From positions 30,477 to 94,476 of the forward strand of contig NW_003314437.1 of NCBI RefSeq assembly GCF_000143415.4: a DNA stretch of 64,000 nt. Reading direction: 5' to 3'. The position numbers were made by a program, and so were the translations under genes. Each line of letters begins with the position of its first letter. Position 1 is the first letter of the stretch. The stretch is from Selaginella moellendorffii (Eukaryota > Plantae > Lycopodiophyta). This document shows, piece by piece, positions 10,401 to 22,600 of the stretch. The notes below the pieces were generated by a model. The model did no database searches and was not told the DNA's origin. It saw only the letters and a program-made list of their open reading frames with translations.

Positions 10401-13157
10401 TTTGATTATAGATCGTTGTGAATATTCAGACACGAGGACTGAAAAGCGCACTGGTGGCGCGTCGAAGAAGGACAAACAGACAAGCAATAGGAAAAAAGGA
10501 GGTACAAATTATATTTGCAATGGCGTGTGGTCTCATGCCATTCCTTGCAGGAGACACTTCTTCAAAGGCAAAACAGGCAAGCACCAGCCAAGCTCAAACT
10601 GACAGTGGTCATAAAAAGCGAAAGCACGTTGGACAGTCGTCGGGATCAGAGGCGTTTGATTCGAAAAGGAAGAAGGGCAACGAAAAGATGATAGGTAATG
10701 CCTCGCGGTTATGGCGTGTGTGCTCATGCCATTCATTGCAGATCAAGGGCTGAGTGAAAGGAGCCAGTCACCACCTTCTGACTCAGATTCCTATGGCGGA
10801 CTCCCCTTCCCCAATCTCAATGGAGAGGTACAATGGATGAGGGATGCTTTTCAAGTCAGGGCCACGTTTTTCTCATCTCGTCGTCTTCGAAGGGTGCAAG
10901 AACGTGCAGAAACCATGTTAAGACAGTCGGGTGAGGATACGGTCCTAGGTCACGCACTAAAACAGGCTATGGATGTCTTGTACGGTCCTAGGTCACGCAC
11001 TAAAACAGGCTATGGATGTCTTGTATTTTGAGATGGAGACTCGGCCAAAGGATTTTCCAAGATGTTCCTGGAAAAACAAGCAATCCAGCCTGAGCAGCCT
11101 ATGGAAGAAATGCAAGAGGGGGATGAGGAGCCAGAGAAAGATAATGAGCAGGAAGAGCAGAAGGACGAAGAGGAGGACGAAGAAGAGGAGGACGAAGAGG
11201 ACTTGGATGGTCCTCACAATGGTGACGATCACAATAACGACGATAACGATGATGACGATGATGGCCAGCCTGAGGTGGCCAAAGAGCAGCGGAGGAAGGT
11301 CATACAAGACAAACCATCAGGTAAATAATAGTACATCCATTCCTAACCTTTTACCATTTCTAACATTGTCCATGTAGGTCGCAGAAGAAATGGTAAGTAG
11401 AGATTATTCAGTTGAATTAAGATACAAACTCTAGCCTTTAGTGTCGAGGAAGGATAGTGCCAAGCAAGGGTCGAAACGTATGTCCAATCCTTCAGAATCA
11501 GCAGTGCGCCCAAGTGATATCGGTCCTAGTTCCTCAATAGTAGTTGATGGTAAATACAGTATAGTCAATTCAATGTGCTAATGAGTTTGTTTTTAGTAGC
11601 ACGGGAGGATACCATCTCAATCGAAGGGAGATATTTGGACATGCATATGGATCCGCCAGTGGACTCTACTTGCCTGCAAGAGTCATCAGAGCTGGTGGAG
11701 GCTACTATCCATATCAACGCCAAGCAAGCTGACCACGCTCCACTTGATGCTGCCCATACCACTGAGTCAATCTTGTCCACGTATCCAACTGACGGTGACC
11801 AGGCGCCATTGGACCCGCATGAGGCCGCCCCAGCCGCCGAGCCGGTCGTATCCTCATTTCCAACGTGTGCCCAATCGTCTGACTACGCGCCGTTGGAACC
11901 TCCCTACACCGCCCCTGCTGCCTGTTCGGTCATGTCCACTTTGCCAACGGAGGCACCAGCTGAAATGGCGTGTGATCACACGCCATCGGAACCACCCCAT
12001 GCCACTGTTGAGCCAGTTGTACCAGAGTCTACAGCTGAAATGGCATGTGCCCACACGCCATCGGATGCGATTGACCCCACATTGCAGAGGAGAGTATTTC
12101 CGCCCTTCACGTTTCCTCGACCAAAACCCTCTGAACGACCATCGGGAGCACCATTCGCTAATATTGTAGATGGTAAAATTGACTTGTACCATTTTTTATG
12201 CTAACGCATTTCATTTCAGAGTCACGGCGAAAGTACTGTATCGTTTTTGATCTGAACGGTGTCCTTTTCTCCCATGAGCGTGGCTCGTCCTCGAATGTCA
12301 CTGCACCCTCCAAAGCCTGCGGTCGCAAGTTGGTCAAAAGAGACAGATTCACATTAATCACACGGGAGAAACTGCGGGATCTAATAATGANNNNNNNNNN
12401 NNNNNNNNNNNNNNNNNNNNNNNNNNNNNNNNNNNNNNNNNNNNNNNNNNNNNNNNNNNNNNNNNNNNNNNNNNNNNNNNNNNNNNNNNNCGGGTTCAAT
12501 TTGCAATTGGGAGTTTGGACATCCATGATGCGCCACAATGCATTAACGTTGCTACAGATGATGCACGATCAGACGCGAGTAATATTACCATTTGACTTTC
12601 TCCTAACGCAGGAGGATTGCTTGACTATGGTCCATGTGAGGGGTAGCAAGCCCATCTTCGTCAAGGCAGAGGCTGTAGTGATGAACCGGACTGCTAGGTC
12701 AAGTGAAATCCTCATCATCGATGACTCGCCGATTAAAACTGCAGCGAACACGCACACATATGCAGTGCACCCCATCTCTTGCAGTATGGAAACTAGGGAG
12801 AAGAAACCGTATGTTCTGGGGGACCTTGCAAAACGGCTTGAAGCGATGGTGATAGAGAACCGGCCAGTCCAGGAGGTGGCTGCAGAAATCAACCAAATGG
12901 CAGATGGAACGGTATATCAGAAGCCATTTGATCGGACAGACACCAGTCATCATTTATGACATGTATATTGTCTAGCCAAGCACTATCCGCATCTCCATAA
13001 TCTGCTCAACCGGATGGGTTCTTCGACCACTGAACATGAGCGTGGACGTATTAGAGAAGAGATGGCATTACTATTGGGTTTAAATCCTGATAGTGTGGAG
13101 AGTGATGAAATTCCAAGATTATTGTATAGGCGTTGGAGGCAAAAAATAACAGTCTGA
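7465..13157 (+). pseudogene. Transposon cargo gene, copy A: ParB/Srx-like + degenerate DNA methyltransferase-like + acidic linker + FCP1/NIF-like HAD domain; 11 exons
   Basis: GT-AG introns at 7468-7706, 8886-8939, 10249-10298, 10374-10429, 10502-10550, 10695-10741, 11321-11377, 11393-11441, 11550-11596 and 12173-12219 join the separate ORFs in frame. Lesions: TAG 9459-9461, a 43-bp duplication at 10938-11023 plus a 1-bp deletion, and TGA at 12957-12959. Confidence 0.75.
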
Positions 13158-13564
13158 GATGGCATGTATTTATTTAAAAATGTAACTTATTATGGCATGG
13201 GGTTCCATGCCATTGTATTAATATTAAAAGACAATTCTTTGAGAGGATTTGCATTATACTAGAAGTGTTACAGCATGTTATTGGAAGTCTACGAAGTTGT
13301 TTTATTAATAAGGGGAAAGTAAAGATTGAATGGGGACTTGGGCTCCACCTAGACTCGGAGCAATTGAGCCAATATTAAAAGGATGGAAAGAAATTGGACG
13401 ACAATGACAAGGAGAAGAGAGAGGTGAAGCAGTGAGAAGTGATTGAGTAGACATTTCCTTGTTTAAAATAAAATGGCATGTGCCTCAATGCAGTTGAATT
13501 TTGTTATATTTATATACTATATAAAGGTTTGGAAACCTTATTTTACAAGTGGGATAATGACAAT

Positions 13565-13588
13565 TCCCACTTTAACGAAATAGAGCTT
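13565..13588. repeat. Terminal inverted repeat of DNA transposon copy A
   Basis: Exact reverse complement of 21942-21965. Confidence 0.9.
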
Positions 13589-13985
13589 AAGTACTTAAGT
13601 GGGGCACCACTCCACATGAACCAAGAGCACTGCAGTTGGTTTCCCTTCCAGGAGTGGGAGCTGCTCTTGAGCACTTCTTTGGGTGGCCCCTCCGGCACCA
13701 CTTAAGTCCATGCTCACTCCCACCTAAGGCCCCTTATCCCCAATATGAACCTTGAGTCAGTTTGGACGCATCACTAGAGAGTTCTTTATGGACTAGTTCC
13801 TAGACCTATACTTTTGAAACCCCTTACAGCCCTCCCCCCCCCCCTACCCCCTACATAGGAGACACACGCTTTGGGCTTTCACCCCACAACCTATATTGGT
13901 ATTTAGACTCAATCTTAGAACTCGATCTTGGACCCAACCTCGGACTCTGTCTCGGACTCGGTCTTGAACTCGGTCTTGCACTGAC
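13589..13985 (-). mobile_element. Fragment of a family-2-like gypsy LTR (target of copy A)
   Basis: Similar to 49932-50440 (AAGTGGGGCACCACTCCACATG..., poly-C, TTTGGGCTTTCACCC, CTCGGA repeats). Confidence 0.8.
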
Positions 13986-14920
13986 CTACTGACATGTTGG
14001 ACATGTTTTTACATAGTTTTGGACGTCTTTAGCCATATCTGGCAAGTGATACTTCCTCTTGAGCAAACCCATTGTCTTGGGCACTCTACTGTGTCTTGCA
14101 AAAGGTCCGTCATGACACTCTTTTAAGGTTACCTTCCTTAGTTCCCCTTCTGGAACATACACCCTTGTTTGTTTATAAAAAATGAGTTTATTGTGTTCCA
14201 CATAGCCTTTTTTCTCTTCTGTTGGCAACTCATCTCTCTGGTAACCTTCCTATGCCTCCTAATTCCTCAACAACACTTCTTATGTTAGACTATCATTCTC
14301 ATATGCTATCCACACATCATCCCAAAAGGTTGTTGTCGCATTGAATATCACCAACTTCAAGCTCACTTTTTGACTTAAAGCATCCGCCATGATGTTGCTC
14401 TTCCCAGGTATATATGGAATCTCACAATCAAACTCGGCCAAAATATTGGCCCACTGACCCTATTTCCCTCTCAGGTCAAGCTGTGACAAGAAGTGTTTTG
14501 TTGCCACATTATCCGTGTTAACTTTGAAGTGTCTCCCAAAGTAATGTTGCCACTCCTTGAGTGCCTTGACCACCACAAACAATTCCTTCTCGTGGGCAGG
14601 CCACTTTTGCTGAGCTTTGTCCAACATTTCTGAGAAGAATATTATTGGATGGTTGTCTTGCTTCAACACTAGTCTGTGCTAGACCATTGTTCTTATATAT
14701 TGTGTGCACATTATCCCAAAATGTTGTTGTCACAAATCACCAACTTCAAGCTTGTTTTTCAATTTAGAGCATCTGCCACGTAGTTGCTCTTCCCAGGTTT
14801 ATACAGAATCTCGCAATTAAACTCAGCCAAAGCATTGGCCCACTGACTCTGTTTCCCTTTTAGGTTGGGTTGTGACAAGAAGTGTTTCATTGCTACATTA
14901 TCCATGTAAACTTTGAAGTG
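13986..14920 (-). pseudogene. Degenerate Ty3/gypsy pol remnant (RNase H-like region and integrase HHCC zinc-finger region), with an internal ~200-bp duplication
   Basis: KWPAHEKELFVVVKALKEWQHY...TDN and VYVPEGELRK..LKECHD...YVKTCPTCQ; 14321-14530 resembles 14710-14920. Confidence 0.8.
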
Positions 14921-14929
14921 TCACTCCTC

Positions 14930-17390
14930 TGGCACAAAATTGTAAACTCCTCAATTTAAACTTCTTGAGAGATCATCCAGCCCAACTATTTAAATCCAAG
15001 GACACTTAACCCCAAAGCAAAGTTGTCATCACTCTTACTATCTAGTAAAATCTGCATTGGACTTCTATAGAACATGCCAATATTGATGCATGAGTGTCCT
15101 CAGGCTCCATCTTGTTCTACATACAGTTGAGTTAATGAGCAATGATCAAAAGCTGCTTCCTCTAACTGGAATGGTCCTCCTAGTTATCCTCATGCTGTAC
15201 ATTTTACAACTTTGTAGTATTCAACCTATCGTCATTAAAAGACTAGTCATTCTTTTCACTCTATCACTTATGCTTCAGCTATGGACAATCAGTCTTATAA
15301 TGTCCAAACTCATTGCAATGATAATAACCTTGGCTATAATTCTTCACAAAAAACTTCTACCTTTTTCTATCCAAAGTAGTCACCACAGACTTAAGCTTTG
15401 ATGTTTGTTCCCGTTCTTATATCCACAATGATCATCCCTAAGATTCTCAACATAAGGACTCAAACACTTGCAAGACTTGTGTTTATCATTGTCAAGTTGG
15501 CAAGCCTCATCAAAGAGCTCTTCCAAACTCTTTATAGGCTGGGAAAGTGGTATGTTGCATACTTTCACTATAAAAGCCATCAATGAAGAAGGAGTTGTTT
15601 CGATTTGGACCCTTCATTGGAACATTGTCGCGAATGTGACTTTGGGTATTGAAAGATATTTGTCAGTCAGTCCTTATAGGCACTCTTTCCTTACTGCCAT
15701 GACAACAGGAGGCCGGTACTGCTAGTTCACTTTATTAGCCCCTCTTGTCCAAGTGTTAGTAAACTGGACTTAGCATCTGTACTTGGCCGGATGAACATAA
15801 GGAAGGAATTCCTAAGTGTCTATTTAACCAAGCATACTTGGCCCGACTTGTTAGTTCTCTTTTGCTTTGTCTTGCACTGACTTGGCAAGAACCCTCACAT
15901 GTTGAGACTAATCCCTCAATATTGCTAGATGATAGCTTACCGTGTCTACCAAACACCCTCGCTATCATGCCCTTTGTGTTAGTCTCATTTTGGTCCCAAA
16001 TGCTAATTATGGAAAGTGTCTAAATTTGCTCATTTGGCATATAAAGATTGGCCTGAACACAATAGTGTTCGTCCCATGTCCAAATTCACAATCTAATACC
16101 ATTCCATATTTAGTAAGTTTGAGCTGTCNNNNNNNNNNNNNNNNNNNNNNNNNNNNNNNNNNNNNNNNNNNNNNNNNNNNNNNNNNNNNNNNNNNNNNNN
16201 NNNNNNNNNNNNNNNNNNNNNNNNNNNNGCCGGATATGGGGGCTTCCAAAATGTATAGTAAGGATAATGGTTGGAATGCATGTCCGACCACCTGAGACAT
16301 TAGTTTGGCTCCCGTTGGGCTTTGTCGCTCCTTGTTCTACGTCTAGCTTGGGTCTAAGCCCAAGCTCCACGCTGCTCTAGTCAGTGGGGTACCCTCCTCC
16401 TTGCGTTAGGCCACCAGTATGCCAAAATTGTGCCAGACTCCGTCTAACACCATTTTGCATGTAGATGCTGGATATGGGGAGTTGGTGCTCGTGGGATTGT
16501 ACCAGACCCTTGTTTCGTAGTGCAACAGGCTTGGAGTTTAGTTCCAAATTTAAGTGCACTACAAACATGGCCAATCAAATGAGTAAGCTTTTCAATATAA
16601 TCACAAAGCATCATTTTCCCTTGCTAGAAATGTCAAAGTTCTGTGCAAGCATTTTTCCATGTTATAGTGAAGGGTAAAACAAAAACAAAAAGAAACCTCA
16701 AACTCATCTATGGTAAATACTAATGGTTTCTTATTTGCAACATGAAACTCTTCAAGCTAATTCCACTATCAAAGACCCACATGTAAAACCATTGGAATAG
16801 CCACTAAAGCCTTTGTATCTAGGGTTCCCCTGGCAGCCAAGAACTTCTTTATATTAGCTAGCTAAATTAGACACTTGTCCACACCACCATCACCAAAAAA
16901 AGTTGGAATTTTGAATCACTCTACCGAGAAATCTTACTTAGAGCACCACCACGTCCAACCTCAACTACCTCAACATGCCCACTTGTAGTATCCATTATGC
17001 TATGCATCCCGTCTTGCATCTCTTGCTAATTTTGATTAAAGGTATGGCTAATGAACAACATCTAGAATAATCCAAACCTCTATAGCTCTATCAACACCTT
17101 CATTGGTAGCACTGTTGACAATAGGATTCTAACATTAATTTTGGTCAGCCATTATAACCAACTTATCTTTGATACCAATATTATGACCCAGTGCTAAAAA
17201 CAAAAGGTCTAGTCTCCCTAGACTATACTACACCTCTATCTTGAAGTTCCACAACCCTCAAGCTACCTCAAAGGCTCCACTGCATCATTGCTCTAGGATA
17301 AGTTAAGTTTCTTACCTTACCATACCTTAATATAACCTTGAGCTTCTCTTTGACCTACATTGACCATATTGTCAAAACTGGCACCTAATA
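14930..17390 (-). mobile_element. Degenerate family-3 gypsy element: 5' LTR 17179-17390, PBS ~17168-17177, gag/protease remnants interrupted by unidentified sequence (~15620-16540) and an N gap
   Basis: LTR similar to 17391-17616 and 53850-54082; minus-strand TGGTATCAAAG (tRNA-iMet-like PBS); 16540-17160 resembles the gag at 53260-53830. Confidence 0.7.
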
Positions 17391-20300
17391 TGTTATGATC
17401 CAGCCCAAAAAGACAAAAATTTAGTCTCCCTAGAGTACGCTACACCTCTTCTTGAGGTTCCTCACCCCAGCCCTGAGCTACCTCAAAATCTCCATTGTGC
17501 CACCACTCCACTGTGAGCCCTAGGGTAGGTTAAGTTGTTTACTTTAACATGCATTAATATACCCTTGAGCTTCCCTTGACCGACATTGACCACGTGGTAA
17601 AAGCTAGTACCTAACAATTCTTCCCCTCCAACAAAGTCCTTATCCAAAGGACTAGTTGTACTAGTGATCACCCTTTCTAGGGAACCCTACTCAAGCTCTT
17701 GGTCCATCTTCCAAAGCAAAATACATCAAGCAGGCATTGGGCCCTTCACTCCAAAATAGTACACCTTTCGCTCCAATGCGCTCCAACACTTTATATGAAC
17801 TAGCATACTGATGAGAAATTTTATCACTCTTCCCATTTCATAAAGGTAATTAAGGTGTTCTGTCACTCACTTGATGGAAAGATCACTTACACAAAAACGA
17901 GATCACCTATCTTATATTCTCAGAATTGGCAATGCTCATTAGCAAACTTCTCTATTCTATCCTGAGCTGCTTACAAATTCTATATGCATACCATCAAAAT
18001 CTCATCAAGTTCTGTGGCTAGATTAGTTGCTTCAGAATCAAGCTTATTTTGAACATCCTTACTCAAATGCAATCCCAACTCTATCATTATTCAAAGATGC
18101 CTTTCAAATATGGCAAAGTAAGGACTTAGCTTGATTCCACAGTGTTGGCTATTGTTATAAATAAATTGCACCAATAGAAGATATAAATCCCACTATCCCT
18201 AGCTTTGACTAATGCTACAATATAGCATATCCTCCACCACCTGATTCATATGCTTGATTTTCCCATCTATCTGAGGATGATCTCCATTTAAGAGTTTCAA
18301 AGTCACTTATATAGCATTTGCAAACTCTTTCAAAATCCACTAATAAACTTTAAATCTCATTCACTAATAATATCCTTTGCAAACCAAAATCAAGGAAAAC
18401 CTTCTCCAAGTAGACCACAATCAAGTTTGAGGTAGTGANNNNNNNNNNNNNNNNNNNNNNNNNNNNNNNNNNNNNNNNNNNNNNNNNNNNNNNNNNNNNN
18501 NNNNNNNNNNNNNNNNNNNNNNNNNNNNNNNNNNNNNNTACAAAGCATGAGCAATGGAGAGTAACTCTTGTTCTATGTAGAATAGTATTGCTCCACAGGA
18601 TTCAAAATTTGACTCTCATATGCAATAGGCTATCCCTCTTGCATGAGAATTCCTCTTAGTGCATAACCACTTACATCATATGTCACCTTATAAGGTTTTG
18701 ATGGATCAATAATGCAAAATATTAGAGCTTCACTCAACGACCATTTTAATGCCATAAAACTCTTTGTGAGACACAAATTCCCTAGGCCCCAATGTGGAGC
18801 CGAAAGGGCGCCACGTGGTAGTGGCCGAAGCGAAAGCCAAACAAGCGTAACACGTTTGGACTAAAAGCTCCGACTTGGAAGGTCGAGAGCGGGAGTGGAA
18901 CTCCCAACAAGGTGCTCAAGGAGCGAGCACGAGGCAACCAATAAGCAAGGCTCCAAAAAGGGACCCAAAAAGGACCAACACATGACACGTGGAAGTGTCC
19001 GAGATGGACTCCGAGATGGACCGAGACGGAGTCCGAGATGGAGTCCGATATGGAGTCCGAGGTGGACCGAGACGGAGTCCGAGATGGAGTCCGAGATGGA
19101 GTCCCAGCTGGACCAAGACGGAGTCCGAGATGGAGTCCGAGACGGAGTCCGAGGTGGACCGAGACGGAGTCCGAGATGGAGTCCGAGATGGACTGAGACA
19201 GAGTCTGAGATGGACCAAGACAGAGTCGAGATGGAGTCCGAGATGGAACCGAGATGGAGTCCGAGACGGAGTCCGAGATGGAGTCCGAGATGCACCCGAG
19301 ATGGAATCCGAGATAGAGTCCGAGAAGGACCTGAGACTCGGACTGAGGTCGAGACCGGGACTAAGACTGGGACCGAGCCCAAGACCGAGACCGAGACTGA
19401 GACCGAGACCGGGACCGGGACCGAGGCCGAGGCCGAGTCTGAGTCCGAGTTCGAGTCCGAGTCCGAGTCCGAGTCCGAGTCTGAGTTCGAGTCTAAGAGG
19501 GTGAAAGCCCAAAGCGTTCGTCTCCCAGACCCTGGGGGGTTTGGTGAGCTCCAAAAGTATAGTAGGGGGAGGACTGCAGTGGAGCCAGTTTGGCCAAGAA
19601 AGGCCAGTTTGGCCCAGAGAGGCTGCACCCAGTGTTGGGTAATGAGTTGACCACTGGGAAGTCCAAGACTAGAGTGAACACGAACCGACAAGCGGGGTAG
19701 CTTGGTGAAGTGTTCAAGAGCCGGCTCTAGTTCCCCCGGGAGATCGTCTGGCCGATGCTCCCAGTCCAAGTGTGGGTGGCACTACCTACTTGGATACCTG
19801 GTGTGGCTCAATGGAACCTCACTCTAAGCCCATGGCTAGAGCACCTAAAGGCGAAAGGCAGGGAGAGTACCCACGAGGCCCACGTAGGGCCACGGTGTTT
19901 CGAAATGTCGTCCCAAAGTCCCAGACTGTGGAAAGGTGTTCCCAAAAGGAAAACAACTTTGACACAAGTTGTGTGTGACCTCTATGGTACAGTGCTAACG
20001 GATGGTTGGCATGAGAAAGAGCAGTATTGGTCTTGGCAACACTCTAGAATACTAGGAGGTGGTGTTTGATGTCGCGAGGGTAATAAATAAGGCCCAAGGG
20101 ACTAAGTCCCTAGCGAATGATGGATAGAAGGTGCTATCCAAATGTCCAAAGGTGGCAGAGACAGGAGAAGACTGGTTACTCGAATTGGACAAAGCCAAAA
20201 AGGGAATTTTGGCAAGGCTAGTGATGGGCATGTAAAGGCCTGTAAGGAACAACGTAATCTCGTTGTGTGGGATTATAGGGTGAGCATACTTGGATTGAGG

Positions 20301-22600
20301 AACCACTCCCTAGGCTATCGGGTAGGTTCATCCCTAAGAATACTTGCTGAGACATGATAGAAAGTGCAAAGCTATCCTCCTGGTCTGGAGGAGAATGACA
20401 GAAGGAAAGGTGCAAAGCCAAAAGCAAGAAGTAAGGGGATAGAACCGAACCATAGGAATCGAAGGGCATAACCAAGGTTGGTTATCCCAGCTGGGAGTGG
20501 AGAATCAAGTGGGGGCTCGAGGGTATTGCCGCTAGCAACCGTGATGCCATGGAGAGTCTAAAATATGGAATTGTCCATGTTAGACTATATGGTAATTGGA
20601 AAGCTTGCAAAAAGGGAGGCCTTAGCAAGCTAAGGGACAAAGTTCCTTCAAGGTTCCCAAAGATGATTCTAGGTAGCTTAGTACCTAGAAAGGCCAAGCG
20701 TAAATAGTTCAAGGAACGCACAAAATCAGAGTGGCACAGCAGAAGCATGGTCTTGAAGCTTGCCATGAGGCAAGGCTATCAAGGTTAGGGAAGTAGTTCC
20801 CGAGTGTTCAAAGAGAGGGCTTTGAACGAAAGTCGATGACCAAGGGCTTTCACGCTTGTGCAGGAACCATGTTACAGTGGTCGGAGGACTTGCCAAAGCG
20901 AGATTGGCAAGTCAGGGGAACAAATACCCTAGTTGAAGGTGATAACTTCAAAAAGGGTGGGCCATGGGGCCAAGCATGGAGGAGTCCATGTATGATCACA
21001 GACTTGTCAAGTGAGAGGACTTGGCAGTGTGGAGGAACTAGATTCCTAAGCTGTGATCTATAACGCGCTTTGAGTATAAGTTGGTGCACCGGCGTGGGGA
21101 GTCACGCCAGGCATCCTGGGTGATGCCATCCGTAGATGCATATACGGAGGTTGGGTTCAAGTCCCGACCCTCTAGTGCTTGGGTTCCAGTCCCAACTCAC
21201 TAGGGCGTGGTGATGGTTTGGAATATGAGGACACTCATTTTTCGGTGGTCATGGGCTCTCAGTGTGGAGACTAGCTTGGGCACACCGCCAAGCGAGGGAT
21301 GCCTCAAAGTTGTGATGCACGGTTAGATTGCTTAGTGTGGCTCAGCATATCTAACTTGAACACTTTGGTGCAAGTGGCACCAAAGACGTGGTGAATGAGA
21401 CGGGGACACCCAGTCTCAGTTGCTATGGACCCTTGGCTGGAAGGGCTGGCTTGGGCGCACCGCCAAGTGTGGGGGATGCCCCCGGGGTCGTAGTTAACAA
21501 GTTAAAGGTCTGGAAGACCTAGTGCCTATTGGCAAATCTGTTAAGGTGCCCAGGTGAGATCACTAGGTGATCTTGTGGCTAAATAAGGACAAGGTCCTTG
21601 TTTGGGCTAAGGAATGAGGTTCCTAGTTCAAAGTGTTGATTTGAACTATTGATGATGGTGTGGCTTGGTCAAGGTAACCAAGTGGGAAAAGCACCTTAGC
21701 GAAATGAGCTATGTCATTGCGATGGCATAGTGTGTCCAAGGAAAGTAGTCTCTAAAGAGACCTATGGGAGGGTCACAAAGTTGGGCCGTGGATAGAGCCC
21801 ACAGTAGAAGATGCTAAAGAGACTTACTAGGGGTGAACACCCTAGTCTTGGCAAAGCAGAGCCTTTGCTATGGAATCAAAAGAATACCTCAAGGAGGGAG
21901 GTAGAGATTCGGTGTTGCTTGGTGCAATAATCAACGGATAGAAGCTCTATTTCGTTAAAGTGGGATTTATTCAGTAAAATGGGACTAGGTACAAATTTTC
22001 AAGTATTTGAAAATGACGTGAAATTATATGTTTTTTGTCCAGGGGCTAGACATATCTGGGGCATGGTGACTAGCGGGTGACTTTATGTCCAGACTGCGTC
22101 CATCTGGTTGTATAATAAATCTCATTGTCAAGGTGAACAAGCCGAATCTGAAGCTAAAGAAGAGCGATGGCATGTGCGCACACACTATTTGTTTGTTCAT
22201 TGAGCGTGTGGTGAGCTTTCCAAGATGAACGTCATTCCTATTAGCCAGACATATAACTTAATGGTGAGAACATTTAGATATTATTCAATGTTATCTTTTT
22301 CTAACGAATCTAATTGTGAAGGTGTAGCAAGAGGCATTGCTAGTCTGGAGAAGTCATTTAACTCATTTGACCCTTAGTGTATTTTCATGAAACTAAATAA
22401 CATTCATATTATTAAGGAATTTCTCTAGTACCTTTTTTTTACGACATAGAGGCTTGCATTTCTTTCAAAGGTGATTTAGTAAAAGGCCTGAGGGCACATG
22501 CCATTCTATTTCTCAGACCGGTATTAAGATATACTAGTGCAAAGGGAAAAAGGTATTTGGTGCTCAAGTAAATGGCATGAGGGCACACGCCATTATAAGC

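Larger units (their letters stand above)
1433..13588 (-). mobile_element. Large Sola1-like DNA transposon, copy A (left arm displaced out of the window by the LTR insertion)
   Basis: Ends in TIR TCCCACTTTAACGAAATAGAGCTT (13565-13588) followed by AAGT and family-2 LTR sequence. Colinear and nearly identical with 23137-34755. Confidence 0.9.

Noticed and set aside
12391-12490. Apparent length difference in the HAD exon of copy A
   Set aside because: A 100-N placeholder gap; copy B has only ~25 bp here, so nothing can be inferred.
2683-13494. CRISPR-like or REP/MITE interpretation of the repeated palindrome
   Set aside because: Spacing is irregular (50 bp to >1 kb), there are no cas genes, the context is eukaryotic, and I saw no TSDs around individual motifs.
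15620-16540. Unidentified insert within the degenerate family-3 element
   Set aside because: Too decayed and interrupted by an N gap to classify.
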